Below are positions 10,901-23,675 of a DNA stretch of 64,000 bases, piece by piece (the first letter of the stretch is position 1; the number at the start of each line of letters is the position of its first letter). The position numbers and the translations under genes were made by a program. Under the pieces are notes generated by a model, which saw nothing but the letters and a program-made list of their open reading frames with translations, ran no database searches and had not been told where the DNA came from. This DNA is from Malacoraja senta. Its lineage: Eukaryota. The DNA lies in NCBI GenBank assembly GCA_038087875.1, contig JAXLNO010003434.1, positions 62,001 through 126,000 on the forward strand, written 5' to 3'.

Positions 10901-13900
10901 TCAAAGTTATTGTATTGTTATCAGTTTTAGCATTAATAACTTAGTTATTTTCAGTGAATGATACAATCATACTTATTTTTGTTTATGCATTGCAGATTTA
11001 CACCATCTTGCATTTTACTACCTGTTGAACCATGGATTGAATGAGCTGCCTGAGTACAGTATGGTAGCAATGCTGGATGACCTCCAGATAGCATATTTTG
11101 ACAGCACACTAGAGCGGGCTGTTGCCAGACAGCGATGGATGGCCCAGTCTTTCCCGCAGGATCACTGGGATTCAATGGCCATCACAGTTGCAGGTTTTCA
11201 TGGGATTGTCAGAGGAAATGCTGAGATAGTCTACCAACAGCAACATGGTATCTCGAGTAAGTGTCGTGAGCGGACCTGGGGTAGACACTCAGTGATGACA
11301 CAGATGGATTTTGTTTTAGTTTTGTTGCTGTCACATGATTCTCTGATACACTTTTTTTGCATGTTAGTCAATCACATCAAAGAAAACTATTCATAAATAC
11401 AATCAAACCAAACTCGTACAATAGGTAGAGCAAAGAGTGCAGAATGTAGTTCTCAGCTTTGTAAGGCACCAGTGCCAGAGACAAAGTCCAGTGTCTACAA
11501 TGGGATTGAGGTGAACCCTAGCATAAGGGAGGACTGTTCAGAAACCTGATAACATAGGGGAGGAAACAGTTACTGAGTCTGGTGGTGCACGCTTTAATGC
11601 TTACGTACCTTCTGCAGGAAGAAGAAGGAATGACCAGAGCGGGATGAATCTTTGATTATGTTGTCTGCTTTCCTGAGCCAGTTGAAATATAGATGGATTC
11701 ACTGGTGGGGAATCATGTTTGTGTGATCGACTGTGCTACATCTCCACCTCTCTGCAATTTCCAGCGGTCTTGGGCAGAACTCTTTCCAAACTAAGTTGTG
11801 ATGCAACCTGTCAGTATGCTTTCTATGGCACATTTGTAGAAGTTTGTAAGAGTCATTGGAGATGCCACATTTCCTTAGTCTCCTGAGGCAGTAGGTGAAC
11901 CAGAAGCTCTCAACCTTTTTCACTTCAGCACCATTGATGCTGTTTCAGACATTTACTCCATCACATTTTGATAGAGACACGGCCCATCGTCTATATTTAA
12001 TGTGTCCTAACTGCTGAACACCCATTGATAACAGTTGGCTGGTGATAGTCACTTTATGGGTTAAGCATTTGATATTCAACACCAGTAATAAGTGGATGGA
12101 TTGGATCATCTGTTTTATTGGGCTGGAATGAGGGAGAAACCATTAGTTTACTTATAGCCTGATCACCTAGAGATGGGACCTTGATTTAAGCTGGTTGATG
12201 GTGACTATGATGTATTCCCTCAACAATAATATTCTGTTAATCCAGCATTCCCTCAATATTGGCAACAATCCACAGAGGGTGTAGCAATCCCACACAGTGC
12301 AACAGCCTTGATGTACTTCCCATCTGCATTGCCTTAACCTTCAGACTGACCTGTTGGCTCTGTAGCATTGCCCATCTGACAATGCACTCCTTCCTCTGTT
12401 CTTTATGTACGACAGTGCAGAAATCTGAGTTCTACCCTTCTGACATAGCAGAACTCCTTTAGTGTTACATCCGCAACAGTAAAGCTTCCCCCCTCAACAC
12501 TTGAGGTTAGTCCATGCACTCAGTATATAAACCATGGGTCATTGAGTCATTGCGTCACACAGCATGGAAACTGGCCCTTCTGCTCACTGAATCCACACTG
12601 ATCATCCATTGTGCTAAGATGGAGTCACAGCAAACTGCAGATGCTGCCAATCTGAATTAAAAACAAACAGGAGGAACTCAATGAGTCAGGCAGCATGCTG
12701 TGGAAAAATGGACAGAAAACATATGAGACCAGGACCATTTAGAGTGATGGGGTAGAGTGGAGAAAGCTGGAAAGAAAAGTAGTCTGTGTGGGATAGTGTT
12801 AATATGCGGGGATCACTGGTCACTGCGGACTCGGTGGGCCGAAGTAAACCTCTGAAGTAAACCTCTGAAGTAAACCTGCTCCTGTGCTGTACAGCTCTAT
12901 GTTGTGTTCTGTTATGCCTGTTTGTACCATGCTGAGAACTGATTTGTAAATTGCCTCTCCCTTCCATCCACTCTCCCCAACCAAAATTCCCCACCTCAGC
13001 CCCAGCTGTTTTCTTTGTGCAGGGTTTCTGCGGCTGTGAAGTGGACAGTGACAATTCCACTGATGGGTTTGTCAGACTGGGTTATGATGGGGAGGATGCC
13101 TGTGCTTTTGACAAGGACAGAATGCGCTGGATTGCACTACGTCCAGATTTCCAGATGCTAGCAGATCGGTGGAATATCAACACCTTCATGAACAAGTATT
13201 TCAAAGATCTCCTGGAGAAGGACCGTGTGAAGTGGCTGCTGATATATCTGGAGTGTGGACAAGAAGCACTACAGAGGAGAGGTATACGACGTACGCACTC
13301 TGACTGATGGGCCAGAGGATATCCTCTGGATAGATCAGGTGGGAAATATCATGCACGTCAGGCTGTCACTTGAGTAATTATTTAGTTTAGTTTAGAGATA
13401 CAGCTCGGAAACCCACCGACACCGCACCGAGCAGCCATGCCCGCACACTAACACTATCCTACACACACTAGGGACAATTTGCATTTATACCAATCCAATT
13501 AACCTACAAATTTGTACGTCTTTCGAGTGTGAGGGGAAACCAAAGATCTCGGATAAAACCCACGCAGGTCACAGGGAGAACGTACAAACTGCGTAAAGAC
13601 AAGCACCCGTAGTTAGTAACAAACCCAGGTCTCTGGCGCTGTAAGGCAGTAGCTCCACCGCTTCGCCACCCTGTTCTACAACGTGGGTATCAGTAAATTG
13701 TCTGGCAACGTGCCTCTTAGATGGAGCCAGTGGGTAGGAAGTGCAAGTGAAAGATAAATATTGTACCAGCGTCCTCTATCCACAGTCATATAGATATTCA
13801 AGAAATGGAGGGATATGTATCTTGGTCTTATGTTTAGCATTGACCTTGTGGCCTGAAGGGTCTGTTGCTGTGCTGATCAGAAACCCAATCAGATTCTCTA

Positions 13901-16900
13901 TTTGCCTCTATTACTCCTTGGGATGGTGACATTCAATTTCCAACAGTTCTCTGGTTGAAGAACTTCTTTCTCCCATTCCCTCTTGGAATATTTTGTGTTA
14001 TTATTCAGCAGAGATTCATGAACAAGTAGAAGCAATCATGTCTACAGTATCAATCCCAATGGTGAGTTATACTCCTCCATTGGGCCCTGCATTCTCCTTT
14101 CATCTGCGCTGTCAGTTCAAGTCTGGAGCTAAGATAAGGAGCATGTCAGTGATATTAAAACTAAATGTTTTGTTGTTTTGCCAGAAATGCAAAATGAAAA
14201 GAGAAAAGGCTGTAAACTTTGTGCAAGATAGAACTGCAGATGATGGTTTACACCGAAGATAGAAGATGTTGGAGTACCTCAGTGGGTCAGATAGCATCTC
14301 TGGGCATTCCTTCTCTCCAGAGATGCTGCCTGACCTGCTGAGTTATTCCAGCATTTTGGGTCTAGGCTGGAAACTTTGTTCAGCTGGAGAAAAAACTGAT
14401 TGGGAAAGAGGTGAGTTGCAGTGATCTTACAATTGAAGGCTTTTGTTCATGTCTTCACTGATTCTGACGCTTCCTACACTTGCAGAAACCCCTGAGGTGT
14501 TTATTGGGATTAAACGTGATGAGTCACTATCACTGAGACTCTCCTGCCTTGTCACAGGCTTCTACCCACGGGGCATCGATGTAACGTGGCTGAGAGATGG
14601 TGAGGGAGACCACGAGTCTGAATCCAGTGATGATCTGTTGCCCAATTGGGATGGGACTTACCAGCTGAAGAATACAATTCAACTGAGTAGAGAAGATGTG
14701 GCAAAATTCTCCTGTTACATCGAACATGCAACTCTGCTGCAGGGAGTCAATGTTCCACAGGGTAAGTGGCAAGTCAATGAGGCTGATCACTTGAGACAAT
14801 AAACCTCCTGGACTGAGATAACAGCCTCAACACACTCTTAACTAAACTGTGCATTTAGATTTTAGACTTTAGAGATATGGTGCAGATACAGGCCCCACAG
14901 CTCACTGAGTCCTCGCTGAACAGTGATCATCCCGTACATTTACACTAACCAACACACTGGGGACAATTTACAATTTTACCTAAGCCAAGTAACCTTCAAG
15001 CCTGTATGCCTTTGGAGTGTGGGAGGAAACCGGAGCACCCGGAGAAAACCCACGCAGTCACAGGGAGAACATACAATGTCCTTGCAGACAGCACCTGTAG
15101 TCAGGATCAAACCCAGGTCTCTGGTGCAGTAAGGCAGCAGCTCTACCGCTACGCCACTGTGCCACCCATTATTAATTTGTGGTTATCTAATTGCCCAGAA
15201 TTATTGATAGTCAATGGAATGTGGTTTTACTTTAAGAGATACAGCGCAGAAACCGGCCCTTTGGCCCACGAGTCTGCGTCAACCAGCGATCCCTGCACAC
15301 TTACATTATCGTACTTATTAGGGGACAATTTACAATTATACCAAGCCAATTAACCTACAAACCTGTATGTCTTTGGACTGAGGGAGGAAACCGGAGATCC
15401 AGGGTAAAACCCACGCAAGTCCCGGGGAGAAGGTACAAACCTCTGTACAGACGGGACCCGTAGTCAGAATTGAACCGGGTCTCTGGCGCTGTAAGGCAGC
15501 AGTTCCACCGAGTGGGCAAAGCAGAGCCAAATGGAATACAGTGTAGCAAGTGTCTGGTTTTACATTTTGGCAGTCGGAATAAAGACATAGACTATTTAAT
15601 AAATGGGGAGAGAATTCAGAAATCTGAGCTACAAAGTGGGAGTACTAGTGCAGGATTCCCAAATAGTTCATTTGCAGATTGAGTCAGTGGTAAGTAAGGC
15701 AAATGCAATGCCAGCATTCATTTAACCATATAACCATATAACAATTACAGCACGGAAACAGGCCATCTCGACCCTTCTAGTCCGTGCCGAACACGTATTC
15801 TCCCCTAGTCCCATATACCTGCGCTCAGACCATAACCCTCCATCCCTTTCCCGTCCATATAACTATCCAATTTATTTTTAAATGATAAAAACGAACCTGC
15901 CTCCACCACCTTCACTGGAAGCTCATTCCACACAGCCACCACTCTCTGAGTAAAGAAGTTCCCCCTCATGTTACCCCTAAACTTCTGTCCCTTAATTCGG
16001 GGGGACTAGAAGTTTAGGGGGGACATTTCGGGGGGACTAGAAGATAAAAACAATGATATAATGCTGAGGATTTATCGGGCACTGGTGAGGATACATTTGG
16101 AATATTGTGAGCAGTTTTGGGCTCCATATTAGAAAGGATGTGCTGGCTTTGGAGAGGGTCCAGAGGAAGTGTGTCCTGGGGATGATTGATTTAACGTATG
16201 AGGAATGTTTGAAGTCTCTGTGCCTGCGCTCGTGGGATTTAGAAGGATGAGGGGGGAATCTCTGAAACATACCAGTTATTGAAAGTCCCAGTTAGTGGAT
16301 GTGGATAGGATGTTTTCAGTAATGGGAGAGTCTAGCACAGCCTCACAATAAAAATACGTACTTTCAAAATGGAGATGAGGAGGAATTTCATTAGTCACAG
16401 GGTGGTGAATCTGTGGAATTCATTGATACAGACAATTGTGTGGGTCAAGTCATTGCATATTTTAAAGCAGAGAATGATAGGTTCTTGATTAATATGGCTC
16501 CCAAAGGTTACAGGGAGAAGGCTGGAGAATGGGATTCAGAGGTAAAAATAGATCTGCCATGACTGAATGGTGGAGTAGACTCAATGGACTGAAAGGCCTA
16601 CTTCTGCTCCAATGGTAAAAAATATTCTTATGTCACCCTTAACTCACAGATCCAAATGTAGGAAGCAAGATAGGCTGATCCTGGCCAAGGTCTCTTATCT
16701 TATTTCTTGGGCATCTAGCTAATTTTTTTATAGTAGCTAGTTGCACAAAAGGCCAATAGTGGTGCCACATCCAACCCCATTATCAGTCTGAAGTAGCAGC
16801 ACCTGTTCTGTAGCTGACTTATTTGTTCCAGTCAAAACCTCTGCAAATATCTTCACACCAGGGCCAAGCTGACATGGTTAAAATTGCTGGTCACTACAAA

Positions 16901-19900
16901 TAGACAGTAGTGTTAATGTCTGAGTGTGCCTATGTGTGTGTGTGTGCGCGCGCGTGTGTGTTTGTGTGCGCTCATGTGTGTGAGACAGAGAGAGGGGGAG
17001 AGGGAGGGAGGGAGGGAGGGAGGGAGGGAGGGAGAGAAAGAGAGTGTGTGTGTGTGTGAGAATATCAAACTCTCAGATATTGAAATATCAGCAAAGTTTA
17101 AAACCTTTGAAGTTTTATCAACTATAAGTGGGTTCACTTTTATTTGCTAAAATAACAATGGTCAACATAAGAAAATAGCCTTGTTGACCTCTACACTGCA
17201 TATAGTCATCTATTTCTGACATATGCTTGATTCTTTAAATTCATAATTAAATGCTGCAGATAAAATCTCAACGCTAATATGAACTTCAAAGATTTTTCAT
17301 TGATCTATTTAAACATCCATCGTCTGGACAATTACATAAATCTAAGACTTTGTTATTTTTATTTAGATGTGAACAATGCTAGTTTAATGTAGATAATAAA
17401 ATCATTACAGGACTTCCGGTGGGGGCGACATGCTGGAGTAGTCGCACTTTTCCACGCTCCCGACCTTTTCACCTCCAACTTTTATTACAGCTCAGTCTAA
17501 GTTTTTTAACCACCCACAAACATTTAAACATCATTGTGAGTACCTCTCTATGCTGTAAAGATGCCAAACAAAGGAAAGAAAGCGGAGCAAAAGACAGAAG
17601 ACCCGGCGGCCAGCGCCAGTATGGCCACGCTAGCAGCCATGTTAACAGAACATAAGGTATTGTTACTGGCAGAATTCAACACTGCGTTCACCAAATTGGA
17701 AACGAAGCTGGACAATATCCAGACCACTATGTTAGACCACCAACACCGTCTCTCATCATTAGAGTCTTTTGCCGCTACCACTAGCCAAGATATACGAGCT
17801 ATAACGTTAATGTTAACTACGGTGACCGAAGAGAACGCCAAGGTAAAGGCTAAGCTTATTAGCCTGGAAGGCAGGAGTTGCCGAAATAACGTAAGGATAG
17901 TGGGTCTTCCCGAGAATATCGAGGGCTCCCAAACAACAGCGTTTTTTTCTCAACTTCTGCTCGAGACTCTTGGCGAACACATACTGGAATCAACCCCGGA
18001 ACTAGACCGAGCCCACCGTACGCTAACAGCCAAGCCAAGCCCTGGTGAGAAACCCAGAGCAGTTGTGATCTGCTTTCATAGATACCAGACCCGTGAGTTC
18101 GTGGTACGTGAGGCTCGGAGGCAGAGGGGTAAGCTGAAATACAAAGATACCCCGTTCCACATTTTCGAAGACCACTGTCCCGACATAGTTGAACAACGCT
18201 TCGCGTACCGAGACGTTATGAAGGAGCTGTATAACCTGGGTTTCAAACCCTCCCTTCATTATCCAGCCAAGCTGTTCATAATGTCCGGGGAGGGAAAGAG
18301 GCGACGACTAACATCTCCCGAGGACGCTCGGGATTTCATCTCATCTCACCATCGACGCAGACCGGGACCCACAGATGACTGACTTCGTTCAGTACGTCTA
18401 TATTCGAGTGGCACAGGGGCCCGGTTAACCTATGGTTACATGGACTAACTTTAGCTTGACTGTTCCTAATAACTAGCTATGGTTAGCGTTCAGCATTGCT
18501 GATTATACTAGACCCCGGTTTCGAAATGTATGAGGCAGGTAAGGAATCACCAGGATTTGTGAATGTTTTATATCAACTTTTTCTTATATTGGTCTATGCA
18601 TAATCGTGCTTGAGGGGTCCCTCACCAGCATATGCTATAAAGCTGGGCTTAAGGGACCCACTTTGTGGTTTGTGATTTGGTCTCTGCCTTCCTGTTCTTA
18701 GCAGCTGGCCGCTAACGCTGTCAGCACCTGGCTAGTTTGCTTATACTAATCTTCATAACGAACTGTCTGGGGCTGATAAGAGCTCATTACAGCCAGGGCG
18801 GTGTTATACAAATCTTATCTTATACCTTTTTTGTTTAACAAAACATAATTGATGCCTTTAGCGCTGTGCTTTAATCCAACAGCCCAGTTTGTAATTTGCT
18901 AACTTTTCCAACGCCAACTCTCTCTTTATACTTTGTCGATTTTAAGACATACTATGCAACACCAAAGGAAGTTATTCTGGCTCCACTTACACGTTAGCCG
19001 GTTTATTTAGTATCACCATTTTGTTAATAGGCTTTGTCTTATTGTGACTATCATCATTGCTATTATTACTATAAGGGTTAGCAATGGTACTGGCAGTGCA
19101 ACCATTATGGCTATTATTTTAACCTTGCATTTACCAATGTATGTTTATCTTACTTTATTCCTACTCTGTTTTTCAAATTATTATCATCACCGTCATTATT
19201 ACTATTACTATACTTATTTTATTTCATGTTACCTTATCGACACTGAGTGACTCCATCGCTTTGGGAAGCTGTGATATAGGGAGTTAAGATCGGATATCTC
19301 CATGCGGAAGCGAGGACAACGCACCTTGGTGCAAGGGGCACTTAAGGTTCAGTTGAGACATGGGGGATCTCAGGTCTGGAGACTCAGGTTTGAAAGATGG
19401 TTAAATGATATGTGTTCCACTTGTTTGCCGTGTGTGTATGTTTTTGTTCTTGTTTTTTTTTTTTTTTTTTTTTTTGTTGTTGTTTTATTTTACTTCACAT
19501 ATATATATTCACCCCCCCCCCTCCCCCTCCACATCCCCACTCTCGGCAGCTGGCTTCGATGCGCTCTTCCGTCTCGTTTTGCAGAACTACAGCGCATTAC
19601 CCATATAGCTAAAAATGGCCAACACAAACGATACTTTTAGATTTGTCTCGTGGAACGTGAGAGGGATGGGAAGTCCTACCAAAACTGATAGGATCTTGGC
19701 CCATTTGCAACAGCTCAAAGGCGATATATTCTTTATCCAAGAGACCCACCTTCGCAACAGAGAGGTAACACGGCTTAAGAGAGGCTGGATTAGTCAACTA
19801 TTTCACTCGAAATTTAATAATAGGGCCAGGGGCACCGCTATCCTGATTCGTAAGAACATTAAGTTCGAACCACAGAAAACTGTGGAAGACCCTGCTGGTC

Positions 19901-22900
19901 GCTTTGTCATGGTGTCGGGCAAATTGCAAGACACACCTGTCATATTGGCATGCATTTATGGACCCAACTGGGATGACAGCTCATTTATAACTAAATTTTT
20001 TACATCTCTCCCAAATATTGAAAATCACCATGTCATTGTGGGTGGAGATTTTAATCTGGTCCAAGATCCTATACTGGATAGATCTTCGAATAAAGCCTCT
20101 ACTTTAACTAAATCCGGTAAGACTCTGCATGTTCTCGCCAAACAACTGGGGCTCACAGATCCATGGAGATTTATATTCCCCACGACTAAATTATTTTCAT
20201 TTTTCTCCCACGTACATCGTATGTTTACCCGTATAGACTTCTTTCTTTTAGATAATAGATTGCTTTCCAAAATCAAATCCAGTGAGTACCATAGCATCGT
20301 AATATCAGATCATGCTGCGACCTCCCTTGATCTTCATTTTCGTAAACGAACTAACCCCTTTAAGTGGAGGTTCAACTCCTCATTATTAGCAGAGGCTCAC
20401 TACATGCAATTCTTGCACTCCCAAATCACCCTATATTTTGAGCTGAATGACTCGCCGGACATAGAAAGAGGTATACTTTGGGAAGCTTCAAAAGCCTATA
20501 TTAGGGGCCAACTCATTTCCTTTATCTCCAACCTGAAAAGAACGGAGACGTTCCAAACGGCAGATCTGTTACAAAAAATAAAGGACATTGATGACAAATA
20601 TGCATCTGACCCAAACCCTAATCTCTATAGAGAACGCCTTAGGCTACAAACAGACTTTGACCTCATATCCATTAATAAAGCCAAACTACGACTGCTTAAA
20701 TCTAGGCAAATACTTTTTTGAATCTGGGGATAAAGCTGAAAAGCTTTTGGCCCATCAGGCCAGAACAGATGCGCCTTCACGGTTAATTCCAGCCATTAGA
20801 TCCAGCTCAGGGGAGACTCATACTGATCCTCTCAGAATTAATGAAGCATTTGCTAAATTCTACACTGAACTATACACTTCCGACTGTCCCCCCACTGCAG
20901 GTGACATGTTCAGTAGTATGACGCTTCCCCGAATAGACGAAGAAGCCATGAGAGACTTGGGTGGTCCCATAACTGTAGCTGAGGTCCAAGCAGCCATCAC
21001 ATCGCTGCAAAGCGGAAAGTCACCCGGCCCTGACGGCTTCTCTGTAGAATATTACAAAGCTTTCTCTGACCTCCTTGCATCAGTCCTGAGAGACATGTAC
21101 AACGAGGCGTTTTTAAATCGTCGCCTACCGCCCACCTTGTCGTGGGCTACCATCTCCCTAATTCTTAAAAAGGAGAAAGATCCCCTGCTTTGTGGTAGCT
21201 ATAGACCAATCTCACTCCTGAATGTGGACCTCAAAATCCTTTCTAAAGCCCTTGCGCTTCGTCTTCAGCGAGTGATGCCCTCTATTATCTCGTTGGATCA
21301 AACAGGGTTTATACCTGGTCGACAGTCTTCCCATAATACTAGGCGTCTCCTTAACATCATTCACTCTTCGAGTAATGAGACCCCGGAGATGGTGGTCTCC
21401 CTCGATGCCGAAAAGGCCTTCGACAGGGTCGAGTGGAGGTACCTATATGAAGCGATGGATAGGTTTGTCCTCGGTAACAGTTTTATTCTCTGGGTGAGCC
21501 TATTATATTCATCCCCGGTGGCTTCAGTACAAACAAACGACATACTGTCGCCCCACTTCACACTTCAGAGAGGTACCAGACAGGGTTGCCCGTTATCTCC
21601 ACTCTTGTTTGATGTTGCGATAGAACCCCTGGCGGTCTGGTTACGCGCAGAGAAGGGCTTTAAAGGTATTACACGGTTTGACACAACTCATAAAGTCTCA
21701 TTGTATGCGGATGACCTGCTCCTGTTCATCTCGAACCCAGTCAGTTCTCTCCCTGTGATTATGAATATTTTAGAACGGTTTGGTGCATATTCTGGTTATA
21801 AACTTAACTACCAAAAGAGTGAGCTATTACCGATTAACTTACCGGCTAAGCAGCTCCCTCGCTCTTTAACCTCATTCAAAAGGGCAGAGGATGGGTTTCG
21901 CTATCTCGGCGTTTTTATCACAATTCCCTTATCTGATATGTTCCGCACAAACTTTTTGCCTCTGGTTGAGAAAGCCGAAAAAGATTTTGATCGCTGGTCA
22001 GTCTTACCACTATCCCTCGTGGGCCGGATAAATCTGGTTAAGATGGTTGTCCTACCCAAATTCCTGTATCTTTTCCAGCATGTCCCCATACTTATCACCA
22101 AATCTTTTTTTGACAAATTAGAAAGGACAATATCTAAATTCTTATGGGGTAGCAAACCGGTCAGAATCCGAAAGGCGATACTGCAGTCGCCTAAGAGTGA
22201 TGGCGGTTTGGCCCTCCCTGATTTTAGGCGATACTACTGGGCAGCTAACTTGCAAAAACTCCTGTATTGGATGAATGATGATTGCGAGCACCCACCGATC
22301 TGGGTATATATGGAAAAGGCGAGTTCACGTCTCCCATTGCGGTCTGTCCTATGCTCCCAACTCCCCCTTTCTATAACATCTGTGGGTGCAGGCCCAATTG
22401 TGTCCCTTTCGCTCAAGATATGGAGTCAATTTAGGAAAAACCGGTTTACAGGGTCCTTCCATCTTGACCCCACTGCTTAAAAATCACATTTTTAAACCTT
22501 CAAGTATAGACCACGCATTTAAAACCTGGCATAGTAATGGCATCAGTAGTATTAAAAACCTATATAAGGATGGTATCTTCTCATCTTTCGCGGCGCTCTC
22601 GTCTAACTACAACCTCCCAAACTCCCACCTTTTTCGGTTTTTCCAGATTAGGGATTTTGTGAGGAAGACATTTCCCTACTTCCCAAATCGCCCTCCTGAA
22701 CCCCTGACTGATATCATCTTAGCTTTAGACCCCAATCGGAAGAAATGCATCTCTATTTTGTATAATTTGCTAGGGTCGGTTTTATTGAAACCTCATACCT
22801 CATTAAAAGCTGCGTGGGAGGGAGAGCTGAATACGAAATTAACAGACCAGCAATGGGACTCTGCCTTGGATTTGATCCACTCTTCTTCCATATGCGCTCG

Positions 22901-23625
22901 TCATGGCCTAATCCAATGCAAAGTCCTTTACAAAGTCCACTATACAAATGCAAGATTAGCTAGAATGTACCCAGCTGTCAATGACACCTGTAACAGATGT
23001 AGTCAATCTCCTGCCAACCATAGCCACATGTTTTGGTCTTGCCCTAAGCTAGCAGCCTTTTGGAGGAGTGCTTTTGAATTGATAAGCAGAGCTTACGACC
23101 AGACTATTCTTCCAAATCCAATGTCAGCCATTTTCGGTACCCCTCCCAATACCAACCTCTCTGTTGCGGTGAAACGGGTCCTAGCTTTTACAACCTTGTT
23201 AGCCCGGAGACTGATCTTGCTTAGTTGGAGGCTCACCTGTCCCCCGACACACGCCCGTTGGATTAAGGAGGTGCTTTACAATCTGAAACTTGAAAAACTT
23301 AGGTTCTCTCTCAAAGGCTCTACCAAGACATTCCTAGATACATGGAACCCTTTCTTTGAACTGGTTAACTCTCTTACCTTGTCCCCGGACTCGGAAGAGG
23401 ACTGAGTGTTCTCCATCATCGTTTTGTTCTACAGCAGCTGCTTTCCCCTTAATCCCCCCTCCCTACAATTGTTTATTTAGATATATATGTATATATATAT
23501 ACTTTTTTTTTAAATTTTCATTTTATTTTATATATTTATATATAAACAACACTCACATACGTACACATCCGCACACAAATGGTAGAATAGACGAAACAAA
23601 ATGTGCTATATAAAAGAAATAAAAA

Positions 23626-23675
<50 letters not shown>

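Noticed and set aside
10996-14761. Assignment to classical UAA, MR1 or true CD1
   Set aside because: Peptide anchors missing (not UAA-like), no Lys near position 43 (not MR1-like), and orthology to CD1 cannot be shown without phylogeny; gene symbol left blank
15006-15353. Short ORFs such as MPLECGRKPEHP.. (also 29280-29570, 47689-47994, 49734-50015)
   Set aside because: Translations of SINE and Penelope-tail repeats, not genes
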